Assembly: GCA_963828465.1 (NCBI GenBank)
Contig: CAWHEU010000026.1
Coordinates: 32,001-96,000, forward strand
Source: an uncultured Acidobacteriota bacterium
GTDB taxonomy: Bacteria; Actinomycetota; Acidimicrobiia; Spongiisociales; ZC4RG35
Direction: 5' to 3'
Length of the DNA: 64,000 nucleotides
The notes beneath the pieces were generated by a model. The model was not told the DNA's origin. It saw only the letters and a list, made by a program, of their open reading frames with translations, and did not search any database. The position numbers were made by a program, and so were the translations under genes. Positions 18,679 to 28,066 of the stretch are shown piece by piece. Position 1 is the first letter of the stretch. Every line of letters starts with the position of its first letter.

Positions 18679-20978
18679 GCCCGAGCGGCGCCAATCGCCC
18701 CGCGCACCCACTCCGAGCTGATCGGGTGATGATTGACCACCGCGCCCGTGCCTTCGAGAGCGTGCTCGACGGCGGAGGCGACGGCAGCCGCGGCGGGGAT
18801 GGCACCTCCCTCGCCTGCCCCCTTGGCACCGAGTGGGTTGGTGGGTGACGGGGACTCGGTGTGGATCTTGGTTAGTGGAGGCATGTCGACTGCGGTCATC
18901 AGCCGGTAGTCCATGAACGAGGTCGTCAACGGTTGGCCGTCCTCGCTGTATTGGATCTGCTCCATCAAGGCGTTGCCCAACCCGTGGGCGACACCACCGT
19001 CGATCTGTCCGTTGACGATCATCGGATTGATGATCGTCCCGCAGTCGTGGACCACCACATAGTTCACGACCCTGACATGTCCGGTCTCGGGATCGACCTC
19101 CACTTCGGCGATGTGTGTCCCGTATGTGTAGGCGAGGCCGTCGAAAGGCAGAACCCGCTCCACTGACAGTCCCGGCTGCTGTTGGCCCTCGGGCAGCGAA
19201 TTGCCCTGCTTTGGCTGCAGCCCGGCGGCCAGATCGCCGAGAGGGATCTCGGATCCGGGCTGGCCTACAACCATGGCAACGCCGTCGGTGAGGACGATGT
19301 CTTCGGCTGATGCCTCGAGTCGCTGTGCGGTCAATTGCCTGATGGTCGTGGCCAGGTCCCCTGCGGCCAGATGCACGACGGACGCGGCCGTCTGGCCGGT
19401 GCGGCTGGCAACCGTGGCGATCCCATGTCCATACGCAGCGGTGTCGGCGCCCCGCACTCTCACCTGGGCCGGGCTGACTCCGAGGTGGGTGGCGCAGATC
19501 TGGGCGAAGACAGTGGCGTGTCCTTGTCCCTGGGAGCCGGTTCCAGTCTCCACGAGCACATCGCCGTTGGTCAACACCTCCACCCTTGCTCCTTCGTATG
19601 GCCCCAGCCCCGTGTCCTCGACGTAGGAGGCGAGGCCATAACCACGGAGAAATCCGTTGTCGGCGGAGGCTTTCTTTCTTGCCTCGAATCCGGCGATGTC
19701 CGCCGCCGTGATCGCGTTCTCCAAAGCCGCCTGATAGTCACCGCTGTCGTAGATGACCTTGCGGCCATCGGAGGCGAGAATGTCGACCTCGTAGGGAAGG
19801 TCGCCCGCAGGAACGAAATTGCGCTTCCGCACCTCAGCGCGGTCGATCCCCAACTCGCGGGCAATGGCGTCGACCAGGCGTTCCAGGGCGAAAGCGGCAT
19901 TGGGCCTGCCCGCACCCCTGATCGCCCCTGTTGGAGTGGCGTTGGTGAAGACCACGTCCACCGTGGCGTCCAGCGCAGCCACGGCATAAGGCCCAGAGAG
20001 GAGACGCAGGGTGGTCATCGGCACAACGATCCCGTAGGGCACGTACGCCCCGCAGTCATGTGTGAGCCGCGCTCGCAGGCCCAGGATGCGCCCCGCGCCG
20101 TCGACTGCCGCCTCGACCAGCCCGCTCTGCCCGCGTTGCTGGTTGGTGGCGACGAAGTGCTCTCTCCTTCGCTCGACCCATTTCACCGGTTGTCTCAGCT
20201 CGAGAGCGAGGGCGGCGACCACGTACTCCTCGGCGTATACGGCCGCCTTGGGGCCGAACCCGCCTCCGACATCAGGCGCCACGACTCGCACCTCGTCGGG
20301 GGAGAGACCCAAGTACGCGGCGATGTGAGCACGGACCGCATGTGGGGCTTGGCTCGAGGTCCAGACCGTGAGCCGCCGGTCGACGTCGTCCCATGCGGCG
20401 AGCACCGCCCGCCCCTCGATGGAGGCGAGGGCACCGCGATGCTGGTCGACCTCGATCGACACCACCCGTTCCGCTCGGTTGAACGCGCCGTCGATGTCTC
20501 CAAAGCCGGCGGCGAGGGTGCTCACCAGGTTCGATCCGGAGCCGTGATGCGCCGGTGCCGAGTCGGCGTCGAGCGCCTGGCGGTGATCGATGACCACCGG
20601 CAGTGAGCTGTAATCGACCTCAACGGAATCGGCGCAATCGACCGCCGCGGCCATCGTCCCGGCCACGACTACCGCGAGCGGCTCCCCGACGTAACACACC
20701 TCATCAACCGCGAGCGGAGATGCCTGGATCGATTGAGCGATGAGCGTCGACGGGTATTGGTTCGGCATCGGCCGGTCGAGGCTGAGGTCGGAAGCGGTGT
20801 ACATCCGGCCCTCGAGGTCTTCCCCGTCCATCGCGATCGAGTCGATCAAGGCGTGGGCCTCAACACTTCGCACGAACACGGCATGCACCATCCCGGCCAT
20901 AGTGATGTCGTCGACGTAGCGGCCCTGACCGGTGATCAACCTCGGGTCCTCTACCCGGCGCAGTGCGGACCCGATCAC
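18675..20978 (-). CDS. Xanthine dehydrogenase/CoxL-family molybdopterin-binding large subunit
   Basis: RRVEDPRLITGQGRYVDD, DVGGGFGPK, AIRGAGRP, QGQGH, GQIDGG, GAKGAGE. Confidence 0.92.
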   Translation of the reverse strand: MIGSALRRVEDPRLITGQGRYVDDITMAGMVHAVFVRSVEAHALIDSIAMDGEDLEGRMYTASDLSLDRPMPNQYPSTLIAQSIQASPLAVDEVCYVGEPLAVVVAGTMAAAVDCADSVEVDYSSLPVVIDHRQALDADSAPAHHGSGSNLVSTLAAGFGDIDGAFNRAERVVSIEVDQHRGALASIEGRAVLAAWDDVDRRLTVWTSSQAPHAVRAHIAAYLGLSPDEVRVVAPDVGGGFGPKAAVYAEEYVVAALALELRQPVKWVERRREHFVATNQQRGQSGLVEAAVDGAGRILGLRARLTHDCGAYVPYGIVVPMTTLRLLSGPYAVAALDATVDVVFTNATPTGAIRGAGRPNAAFALERLVDAIARELGIDRAEVRKRNFVPAGDLPYEVDILASDGRKVIYDSGDYQAALENAITAADIAGFEARKKASADNGFLRGYGLASYVEDTGLGPYEGARVEVLTNGDVLVETGTGSQGQGHATVFAQICATHLGVSPAQVRVRGADTAAYGHGIATVASRTGQTAASVVHLAAGDLATTIRQLTAQRLEASAEDIVLTDGVAMVVGQPGSEIPLGDLAAGLQPKQGNSLPEGQQQPGLSVERVLPFDGLAYTYGTHIAEVEVDPETGHVRVVNYVVVHDCGTIINPMIVNGQIDGGVAHGLGNALMEQIQYSEDGQPLTTSFMDYRLMTAVDMPPLTKIHTESPSPTNPLGAKGAGEGGAIPAAAAVASAVEHALEGTGAVVNHHPISSEWVRGAIGAARA

Positions 20979-21850
20979 CTTTCCAACCCGCCCAGGTCCT
21001 CCAGGTACCGGCACAAGGCGGCAGCGTCGAAGTCGCCGAGACCCGCCTCGCTCGACGCCTCGTAGATCGGGACCGCCGCATCGAGCAGAGGGGTCGGTGC
21101 GCCGACCGACCTCGCAAAGTCCCTTATCAATGTGGAGTCCTTGAGGAGGATGTCCAGGCGGGCGGCCGCCGGATAGTCGTCGGCGACCATCATCGGCCCG
21201 CGGATCTCGAAGATCTTCGACGATCCGACCCCGTCCTCCATCACTTCCTGGACGAGGGCCGGGTCGAGCCCGGCGGCGATGCCAAGGGCGTGCGCCTCGG
21301 CCGCGGCCAGACCGTGCACAGCCACGAGGAGGTTGGCTACATATTTCATCTTCGACCCGTTGCCGAACTCTCCCAGGTAGTGCGTGGAGCGGCCGATTGC
21401 GTCGAAGACCGGCCGAGCCTTCTCGAAACCCTCGCGGCTGCCCGAGGCGAAAACGACCAGCGTGGCGTCGGCGGCCTGGAGGCCAGTGCCCGACAGAGGT
21501 GTGTCGAGGAGGTCGACCCCTGCATCCGCCAGGACATCGCGGGCAGCGACCTTGGCCGCGAGGGGGAAGGTGCCCGTCTCGAGACAAACCAGACCGGGCC
21601 GATCTTGCTCCGCGATCTCGGCTGCTGCCGACGCCAGGGCGGCGGTGGTGGGCAGGGAGAAGATCACCAGATCAGATAGAGCGGCAATCTCGTCGGCCGA
21701 CTTCATCGGTTCGCCGCCCATGTCGGCGAAAGCGGAGACCCTGGCCGGGGCGATATCAAAGCCGAGCACCTCGTGTTCGGCCGCGATCAGGTTCCGAGCC
21801 ATCGCCGAGCCCATCACTCCGAGCCCGATGACTCCTATGGGCTCAGTCAT
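20975..21850 (-). CDS. NAD(P)-dependent beta-hydroxyacid dehydrogenase family oxidoreductase
   Basis: IGVIGLGVMGSAMA, DTPLSG, GNGSKMKYVAN. Confidence 0.9.
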   Translation of the reverse strand: MTEPIGVIGLGVMGSAMARNLIAAEHEVLGFDIAPARVSAFADMGGEPMKSADEIAALSDLVIFSLPTTAALASAAAEIAEQDRPGLVCLETGTFPLAAKVAARDVLADAGVDLLDTPLSGTGLQAADATLVVFASGSREGFEKARPVFDAIGRSTHYLGEFGNGSKMKYVANLLVAVHGLAAAEAHALGIAAGLDPALVQEVMEDGVGSSKIFEIRGPMMVADDYPAAARLDILLKDSTLIRDFARSVGAPTPLLDAAVPIYEASSEAGLGDFDAAALCRYLEDLGGLER

Positions 21851-23390
21851 CCTCGAGTCCTTGCACGAACAGGGTCGACACGATGCCGTTGTGTCCGTCC
21901 ACTGCCACGATTTGCTCACCGGGCGGGAGGCTCACCCCGCACACGGCGGGGACCCTGAGGGCGCGTGCGGACTCGAAGAGGTGGGCCGCAGAGCTACCCG
22001 ATTCCGTCACGAGGCCGGCGGCGTCCCAGAGCAAGGGGGCCAGATTGGGTATGGGCTGTGAGGCGACGATCACGGCGCGTGGCCGGTAGTTCGTGGCCAA
22101 CCCGTCGGGAGGGTATTTCCCTGCCGAGACGCCTGCCCCGAGGCCCGGGGAGGCCCCGACACCCTGTTGCCGGGTGCCGGCGCCGAGGACGACCGAGGCG
22201 ACGAATGGCTCCCATCGGCCGATCCCGCGTCTGGGGGCGGGGTCATCTCGCTCCAATCGTTGCACCAGGGCCCAGAGCGATGCGGCGGGCTCCGGATCGG
22301 GGGGCCGCAGATTCCCGACCACCTCCAGGGCAGGCAGAGGATCAGGCCCGAGCAGCGCGGTCATGCACGCTCGGGCTGCGGCCAATGCCTGTTCAGCGGG
22401 CAGCCCCCATACCTCGGAGGTCAGACTGTCACGCATCTGGTAGGCGAGGGCCATCGCATCGTGGGGAAGGTTGCCAACATGTGGCTCGGCGGTGGGAAAG
22501 CCCCCCAGGGCCCAGGGGAGGATGAGCTCGTCGCCGAGACGGCTCCCCGCCCTGACCACCACCCGGGCTATGGGCACGAGACCAGTGTCGACGGGGTAGG
22601 ACGGAGTGTCCGGAGGCTGAATCGGAGCCTCGCCTTCGGCCAGCTGCAGCAGCCAGACCCGCTCGTCCAGCCCCCATTCACAGCGGTTGGCGCCCAGTGA
22701 CGCCCGTGCGCGGTGCAACGCGTCGGCGATATCGTCGAGGGTCTCCACACCGAGAAGATCGACCAGCTCGTCGCCAATCCAATTCCCGCCCTCGCCACGT
22801 GTTGCTTCCATCCCCGCGCTCCAGCCCTGGAGGAGTGCGGCGGGTGAGCCCTTCACACCGATCACCACGATCGATCCGCTCCCCTCGATCGTGGCCGTGC
22901 CCCCAGCCACCGGATCCAAAGCAGGCTGGATGAGGACCGCCATCGGGACCGACCCTGGGTCGACTCGTGCCGCGTCCTGACGCTCTAGTGCATCGACGGA
23001 GAACGCCGAAGCCCAGCAACCGGTGACCGCCCGGGGTAAGTCCGTGGGGGACAGGTCGAGATACGAGGTGAAGGCGCCCGACCACTCCCCCGAAGATTCG
23101 ATGATCGTCGAGGAACGGGCCACCAGAACGTCGCCGAGCCGTGCCCCTCGCTCGACCAGTTCGTCAGCGAACGGGACCGGTGCCGCGGTCAACGCCAGCC
23201 GGGCCCCGCCGGAGCCGCGGGTTGCCAGTATCTCGACCCCGAGCTGCATATGGGCGAGCGAGTCGACCGCGTCGACCACGAGTCCGGGCAGGACCGGGAG
23301 CCCGGCTCGCCTGGCCATGGCGAGCCAGGCGGCCTTGGCCCCGACCCTGGCGGGGTCGAGGGCGGCCTCATGGTCGAGGTCGTGGATCAA
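21843..23390 (-). CDS. PEP-utilising enzyme (PPDK_N ATP-grasp plus phospho-His swivel domain)
   Basis: GAKAAWLAMARRAGLPVLPG, ARSS, MAVLIQ; C-terminal GASPG...GLVTESGSSAAHL...ARALRVPAV...VDG. Confidence 0.8.
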   Translation of the reverse strand: MIHDLDHEAALDPARVGAKAAWLAMARRAGLPVLPGLVVDAVDSLAHMQLGVEILATRGSGGARLALTAAPVPFADELVERGARLGDVLVARSSTIIESSGEWSGAFTSYLDLSPTDLPRAVTGCWASAFSVDALERQDAARVDPGSVPMAVLIQPALDPVAGGTATIEGSGSIVVIGVKGSPAALLQGWSAGMEATRGEGGNWIGDELVDLLGVETLDDIADALHRARASLGANRCEWGLDERVWLLQLAEGEAPIQPPDTPSYPVDTGLVPIARVVVRAGSRLGDELILPWALGGFPTAEPHVGNLPHDAMALAYQMRDSLTSEVWGLPAEQALAAARACMTALLGPDPLPALEVVGNLRPPDPEPAASLWALVQRLERDDPAPRRGIGRWEPFVASVVLGAGTRQQGVGASPGLGAGVSAGKYPPDGLATNYRPRAVIVASQPIPNLAPLLWDAAGLVTESGSSAAHLFESARALRVPAVCGVSLPPGEQIVAVDGHNGIVSTLFVQGLEDD

Positions 23391-23396
23391 ACCCGG

Positions 23397-24635
23397 TCAG
23401 ATGACCGAGATGATCTCGTGTGAGGCGTAGCTGGAGACCATCTCGATTCCCGTGTCAGTCACGTAGAGCATCTCCTCGAGACGCACGCCGTGGTCGTGGA
23501 GCTTTCCGTGTTGGGTCTCGAGGGCGAATGTCATGCCTGGCTGTATCTCGACCGGGTAGTCGAGCGACCAAATGCGGGATATGACCGGCGGGTCGTACTG
23601 AGCGAGACCGAGACCGTGTCCCCAGAAGTTCGCCGCCGCTTGGTCCTCCTCCTCGTAACCCCACACCTCCTTGGCCGAGGGCCATTTCGAGGCCACATCG
23701 GCGGTGGTGACCCCAGGCCCGGTCGCCTCGATGGAGTCCCAGAGCCATTTGTGGGCCAGGTCGTAGGTCTTCTGATGCTCGTCGGTCGGTTTGCCCCCGA
23801 CGCAATAGGTGCGATAGACGCACGACTTGAAGCCGTTCCAGGTGAGGGCGGCCAGGTCGACGATCACCAGCTCCCCGGGGCGGATCATCCGGTCCGAGAA
23901 GTTCCTCCAGTTGGGCCAGGCGTTGGGGCCCGAGGAGACAATGACATCCTCGACGTCCTCCATGCCGGGCAGGGAGTACAGCTTCTCGAAGCCGAAGGCC
24001 GCCACCTCGTTCTCGGTGAGCCCGGGTTTGATGAAGTTGGTGATCTCGTAGTGGACGTAGTCACAGATGGCGCCAACGATGGAGAACGCCTTGATCTCAT
24101 CGGGGCTCTTGATGGCCCGGGCCTCCATCATCGGGGTCATACCGTCGGTCCAACTGATCCCGCGCTCCTCGAACTGCTTGATCAGGTTGATGTCGATGAA
24201 GTCGACGCCGAGCGGCTGATCCTTGACTCCTGCCTCCTCCAGGTCGTTGAGCAGGGAGTTGACGAACTTGGTGACCTGCTGCTCGGCGGCAGGGCCGACC
24301 GCTCCCTTGATCCAGGAGTAGGAGTAGCGGATGTTCTCTTCCGGGATCCAGGGGTTGTGCACCTTGAGGTGGAAGCCGATGTCACCCTGCTCGTAGACGA
24401 TCGGGGGCTTGCCGGCGGTGAGGACGACGTAGCGGAGACCCGGCTTGAGACGGTTCCAGCCCGGGGTCAGCGTCGAGGAGACATACCTCATGTTCTCGTC
24501 ATACATGAGGAGGAGGGCTCCGAGACCGTGGCGCTCCATAGCGGCGTGGGCCCGCTTCAGCCTCCAATCACGCACCTTGGCCCAGTTGATGCCCTCTTTC
24601 CAGTCGGTGCTCAGCCCGAAGAACGCTTCTCTCAT
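23397..24635 (-). CDS. M24 (creatinase/Xaa-Pro peptidase fold) protein with atypical metal site
   Basis: ENMRY, RAIKSPDEI, VDLA...KSCVYRT, GHGLGL, ALET, GVRLEE. Confidence 0.85.
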   Translation of the reverse strand: MREAFFGLSTDWKEGINWAKVRDWRLKRAHAAMERHGLGALLLMYDENMRYVSSTLTPGWNRLKPGLRYVVLTAGKPPIVYEQGDIGFHLKVHNPWIPEENIRYSYSWIKGAVGPAAEQQVTKFVNSLLNDLEEAGVKDQPLGVDFIDINLIKQFEERGISWTDGMTPMMEARAIKSPDEIKAFSIVGAICDYVHYEITNFIKPGLTENEVAAFGFEKLYSLPGMEDVEDVIVSSGPNAWPNWRNFSDRMIRPGELVIVDLAALTWNGFKSCVYRTYCVGGKPTDEHQKTYDLAHKWLWDSIEATGPGVTTADVASKWPSAKEVWGYEEEDQAAANFWGHGLGLAQYDPPVISRIWSLDYPVEIQPGMTFALETQHGKLHDHGVRLEEMLYVTDTGIEMVSSYASHEIISVI

Positions 24636-24664
24636 CCCTAATCATGCCTCCGTGGGTTTCTTCG

Positions 24665-25897
24665 TCAGTCGACCCTATCCGGGATCACTTCGCGGACGAT
24701 CTCGAGGAACTCGTCGTCGTCGAGGAGCCCTTTCTTGGCCAGGGACCGGCCTTTGACCTCCGCCAGGATGGCCTCGATCTCCTTGGTCTCGGCATCGTGG
24801 ATCCCGTGAGCACCGAGCCATATCGCCACCGAGTCGAGGCCGGAGCCTTTGCCGAGCACGATCTTGGGGTCGGCCTGTCCGACCAGCTCGGGACGGAATG
24901 GGAAGGGCTCGAGCAGTTCGTCGCCGACGTTCTTCACCCAAGTGGCGATGATCCCCGACTCGACGTTGTAGAGCATGTCGCCGGTCACCGGCCGGTTGGC
25001 GGGCTGGGTGACTCCCGAGACGTCGGCCACCAAGCGGGCGATCTCGGTGAACTTGGTGGTGTCGATCCCGGTGTCGATGCCATACATGGTGAGGAGGGCG
25101 AGGACGGTTTCTTCGGTCGGCGCGTTTCCGGCCCGTTCCCCGATCCCGCTGACGGTGGTGTGGATCACCGAGGCGCCCTCGGCGACGGCGAGTGCGGTGT
25201 TGGCCACACCCATGCCGAAGTCCATGTGGAAATGAGTCTCGAGGGGGACAGCCATCCTCTCCCGGACCCGCTGTGTGTAGTAGCGAATGGCGTGCGGAGA
25301 GGTCACGCCGAAGGTGTCGACCAGGGCGATGTTGTCGACGTGGCCCTCGGTGGCGACCTGCTCCAGATCGTCGAGGAGCTCGGTCATCGTGGCCCTGGTG
25401 GCGTCGATCGGGAAGAACGTCACTTTCAAACCGTTGTCGTGGGCGTACTTGGTTGCCTCCACGGACGCCTCGATCGCCTTCTCCACCGGCCAGCGGTAGG
25501 CCTTCTCGATGAGGTGATGGCTGGCCGGCACCTCCATCACGACTCCGCTGACCCCGCAGTCCAGCGCCAGCTCGACGTCGGGGACCATGCAACGGCTGAA
25601 GGCATAGATCTCCGAAGGGAGGCCCTCGCCCACCATGCGTCTGATGGCATCGGCATCGGAGGGGGAGACGGCGGGGAGACCGGCCTCGATCCGATGGATC
25701 CCCGCCTCGGCCAGGGCGGTGGCGATTCTCACCTTGTCGTCAGAGGTGAACTCCACACCGGCCTGCTGCTCCCCGTCGCGGAGGGTCACATCGTGGACCT
25801 GGACATTCGATGGGATGGAGAAACCCTCGGTGACCTCGGGGAGGTAATTCCAGGGGCTGGAGAACCAGAGGTCGGTCTTCCAAGGCTCGCGGTCCAT
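24665..25897 (-). CDS. DRE-TIM metallolyase (homocitrate/isopropylmalate synthase- or HMGL-like)
   Basis: HDVTLRDGEQ, HFHMDFG, GIGERAGNA, LGKGSG. Confidence 0.88.
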   Translation of the reverse strand: MDREPWKTDLWFSSPWNYLPEVTEGFSIPSNVQVHDVTLRDGEQQAGVEFTSDDKVRIATALAEAGIHRIEAGLPAVSPSDADAIRRMVGEGLPSEIYAFSRCMVPDVELALDCGVSGVVMEVPASHHLIEKAYRWPVEKAIEASVEATKYAHDNGLKVTFFPIDATRATMTELLDDLEQVATEGHVDNIALVDTFGVTSPHAIRYYTQRVRERMAVPLETHFHMDFGMGVANTALAVAEGASVIHTTVSGIGERAGNAPTEETVLALLTMYGIDTGIDTTKFTEIARLVADVSGVTQPANRPVTGDMLYNVESGIIATWVKNVGDELLEPFPFRPELVGQADPKIVLGKGSGLDSVAIWLGAHGIHDAETKEIEAILAEVKGRSLAKKGLLDDDEFLEIVREVIPDRVD

Positions 25898-25926
25898 TTC
25901 TCTGCTCCTCACCCGTTCGACAGGAC

Positions 25927-25947
25927 GATCGTGCATCATATACGATC
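25927..25947. promoter_or_regulatory. Island operator copy 3 (GATCGTGCATCATATACGATC) in divergent promoter region
   Basis: Pseudo-palindrome matching 7357 and 723. Confidence 0.75.
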
Positions 25948-26001
25948 GATAATCGACCAGAGCAAACAGGATCGGCCCCGGCACCGGCTCCGAGTATCAG
26001 G

Positions 26002-26922
26002 ATGAGCCGGAAAACATTGTGGATTGGGGGCTACGGGCCACGTCAGAGCGCCCACGGCGACGGTCTCGACGCCTTCAAGCGGGCCGTCGAGGAGGGAACC
26101 GAGGGCGACGTCGTCGTCGACGTCACCTGGAACATCATGGACGACGGGCGGCCCAATACCGATCTGTTCGATCTGGTCGAGGCGGGGGAGATGTTCATGT
26201 GCTACTTCTCCTCCAGCTATCTCGGGGACCGGGTGCCGGAGCTGAATGTCCTGGAGACCCCTTTCCTGTTCCCCGACCTGGCCACCGCCCATCGAGCGCT
26301 CGATGGCGAGCTCGGTGACGCATTTGCCGGAGCGGTGCGGGCCAACACCGGATTCGAAGTCCTGGGATTCTGGGACAACGGGTTCCGGCACATGACCAAC
26401 CGCCACCGCCGCATAAGCAATCCTGCTGACTGTCGCGGGATGACGGTGCGCCTCCAGCCGAACGCTATCCACGAGGAGTTGATCCGATCATGGGGAGCCG
26501 TTCCGGTGGCGGTGGAGCTCAGCGAAGGAATCCAGATGATCGCCCGTCTCGAGGTGGACGCCCAGGAGAACCCGCTGGCCAACACGGTGGCCTATGGGGT
26601 CGACCGGGTCCATCGTCACATCACGATGACCGGGCATCTCTACGGGGCAAGGGGTTTGTTCGCCCACCGGCCCACCTGGGATGACTTCGACATCGACCTT
26701 CGCCGGGTGGTGTCCAAAGCGGCACGCACCGCCATCGAGGTGCAACGACGAGCCGCAGCCGAGATGGAATCGGTGCTCCGGCTGAGATTGGAGAGTGATG
26801 GAGTCGAGTTCGTGGATCTGACCGACGAGGAGCGATCCGTGTTCATCGAGGCGTCGGCCCCGGCTATCGCCCTGGCCCATGAGGGGCTGTCGGAAGACCT
26901 CTTCGAGCTGGCCCGGCCATGA
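26002..26922 (+). CDS. TRAP substrate-binding protein DctP-like, with no signal peptide
   Basis: ETPFLF, WDNGFRHMT, GMTVR, VDAQENP, TGHLY. Confidence 0.85.
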   Translation: MSRKTLWIGGYGPRQSAHGDGLDAFKRAVEEGTEGDVVVDVTWNIMDDGRPNTDLFDLVEAGEMFMCYFSSSYLGDRVPELNVLETPFLFPDLATAHRALDGELGDAFAGAVRANTGFEVLGFWDNGFRHMTNRHRRISNPADCRGMTVRLQPNAIHEELIRSWGAVPVAVELSEGIQMIARLEVDAQENPLANTVAYGVDRVHRHITMTGHLYGARGLFAHRPTWDDFDIDLRRVVSKAARTAIEVQRRAAAEMESVLRLRLESDGVEFVDLTDEERSVFIEASAPAIALAHEGLSEDLFELARP

Positions 26923-27666
26923 ACCACGACTTCGACGACCGGGTCGTGGTGGTAACCGGCGCCGCAGTCGGCATCGGTAAGGCCACGGCCGCCGCCTTCG
27001 GCAACGCCGGCGGCACCGTCTACCTCGTCGACATCGACGCAGATGCTGGGACGCGTCTCGGCCGGGGCGATCGCAGGCGCCACCTTCATCCACTGCGACC
27101 TGACTTTGGAGGACGAAGTGGCAGCTGCTATCGAGGCCATCGACCAGTCCTCCGGGCGCATCGATGTCCTGGTGAACAACGCCGGTGGTTTCCCCGAGGC
27201 GCTCGGGCTGGAGGACACCACGATCGAGGAGTGGCATCGGATTCTCGACGCCAACCTGACCTCCGTGTTTCTGATGACGCGTGCTTCTCTCCCTCTGTTG
27301 CGCCGATCCGAGGCCGGTCGCATCGTCAACCTCGGGTCCCTTGCCGGTCAGACAGCGGGTTGGCAGACGGCGCCGCCCTACGTCGCCGCCAAGGCCGGGG
27401 TACATGGTCTGACCCGCGCCCTGGCGACCGAGCTCGCCGGCGAGGGCATAACCGTGAACGCCGTTGCCCCATCGGCCGTGCTCACCGAGCGCATCTCCAG
27501 GCTTCGCGACGAATCCGAGCTCGCCGCCACCGCCGCATCCATCCCCCTCGGCCGGTATCAGTCCCCTGAGGAGGTGGCCGAGTGGGTGCTGTTCCTGTCC
27601 TCGTCCGCCGCAGGCTTCATGACCGGTCAGACCGTGTCGGTCAACGGCGGTAGGTTCATGGCATGA
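26919..27666 (+). CDS. SDR family oxidoreductase, with +1 frameshift at about 27055
   Basis: TGAAVGIG in ORF 26919; LVNNAG, YVAAK, TGQTVSVNGG in ORF 27043. Confidence 0.85.
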
Positions 27667-27682
27667 CACCTGGGAGGGGCTC

Positions 27683-28066
27683 GTGGCCGAGCTGATCCGA
27701 TTCGACGAGGCCGATCCGGTGGCACGCGGGGATGGGATCGAGAGTGTCCAGCTGACCCCGACGCCACTCGAGGGCCAGCGGTTCACGATGGGTGTCACCA
27801 GCTTTCCCCCGGGGACCAGCATCCGTCTTCACAGCCACAACACCATCGAGCAGGTGACCGTGCTCGAGGGGGAAGGTATCGCCGAGTTGAACGGTGAGCA
27901 GGTCGAGGCCAGGCCCTACGACACGACCCAAATCGCTCCCGGGGAGTGGCACCGGTTCATCAACACCGGGGCCGGGACGATGAGGATCCTCTGGGTCTAC
28001 GGGAGCACCGAGGTCACCCGAACCTTTGCCGACACCGGGGAGACCGTGGACCAATTCGAGCGGTGA
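27683..28066 (+). CDS. Cupin domain protein
   Basis: LHSHNTIEQVTVLEG...PGEWHRFIN. Confidence 0.85.
   Translation: MAELIRFDEADPVARGDGIESVQLTPTPLEGQRFTMGVTSFPPGTSIRLHSHNTIEQVTVLEGEGIAELNGEQVEARPYDTTQIAPGEWHRFINTGAGTMRILWVYGSTEVTRTFADTGETVDQFER

Noticed and set aside
18675-20978. Aerobic CO dehydrogenase coxL
   Set aside because: Lacks the AYxCSFR form I motif and has no coxM/S/D/E/G neighbours.
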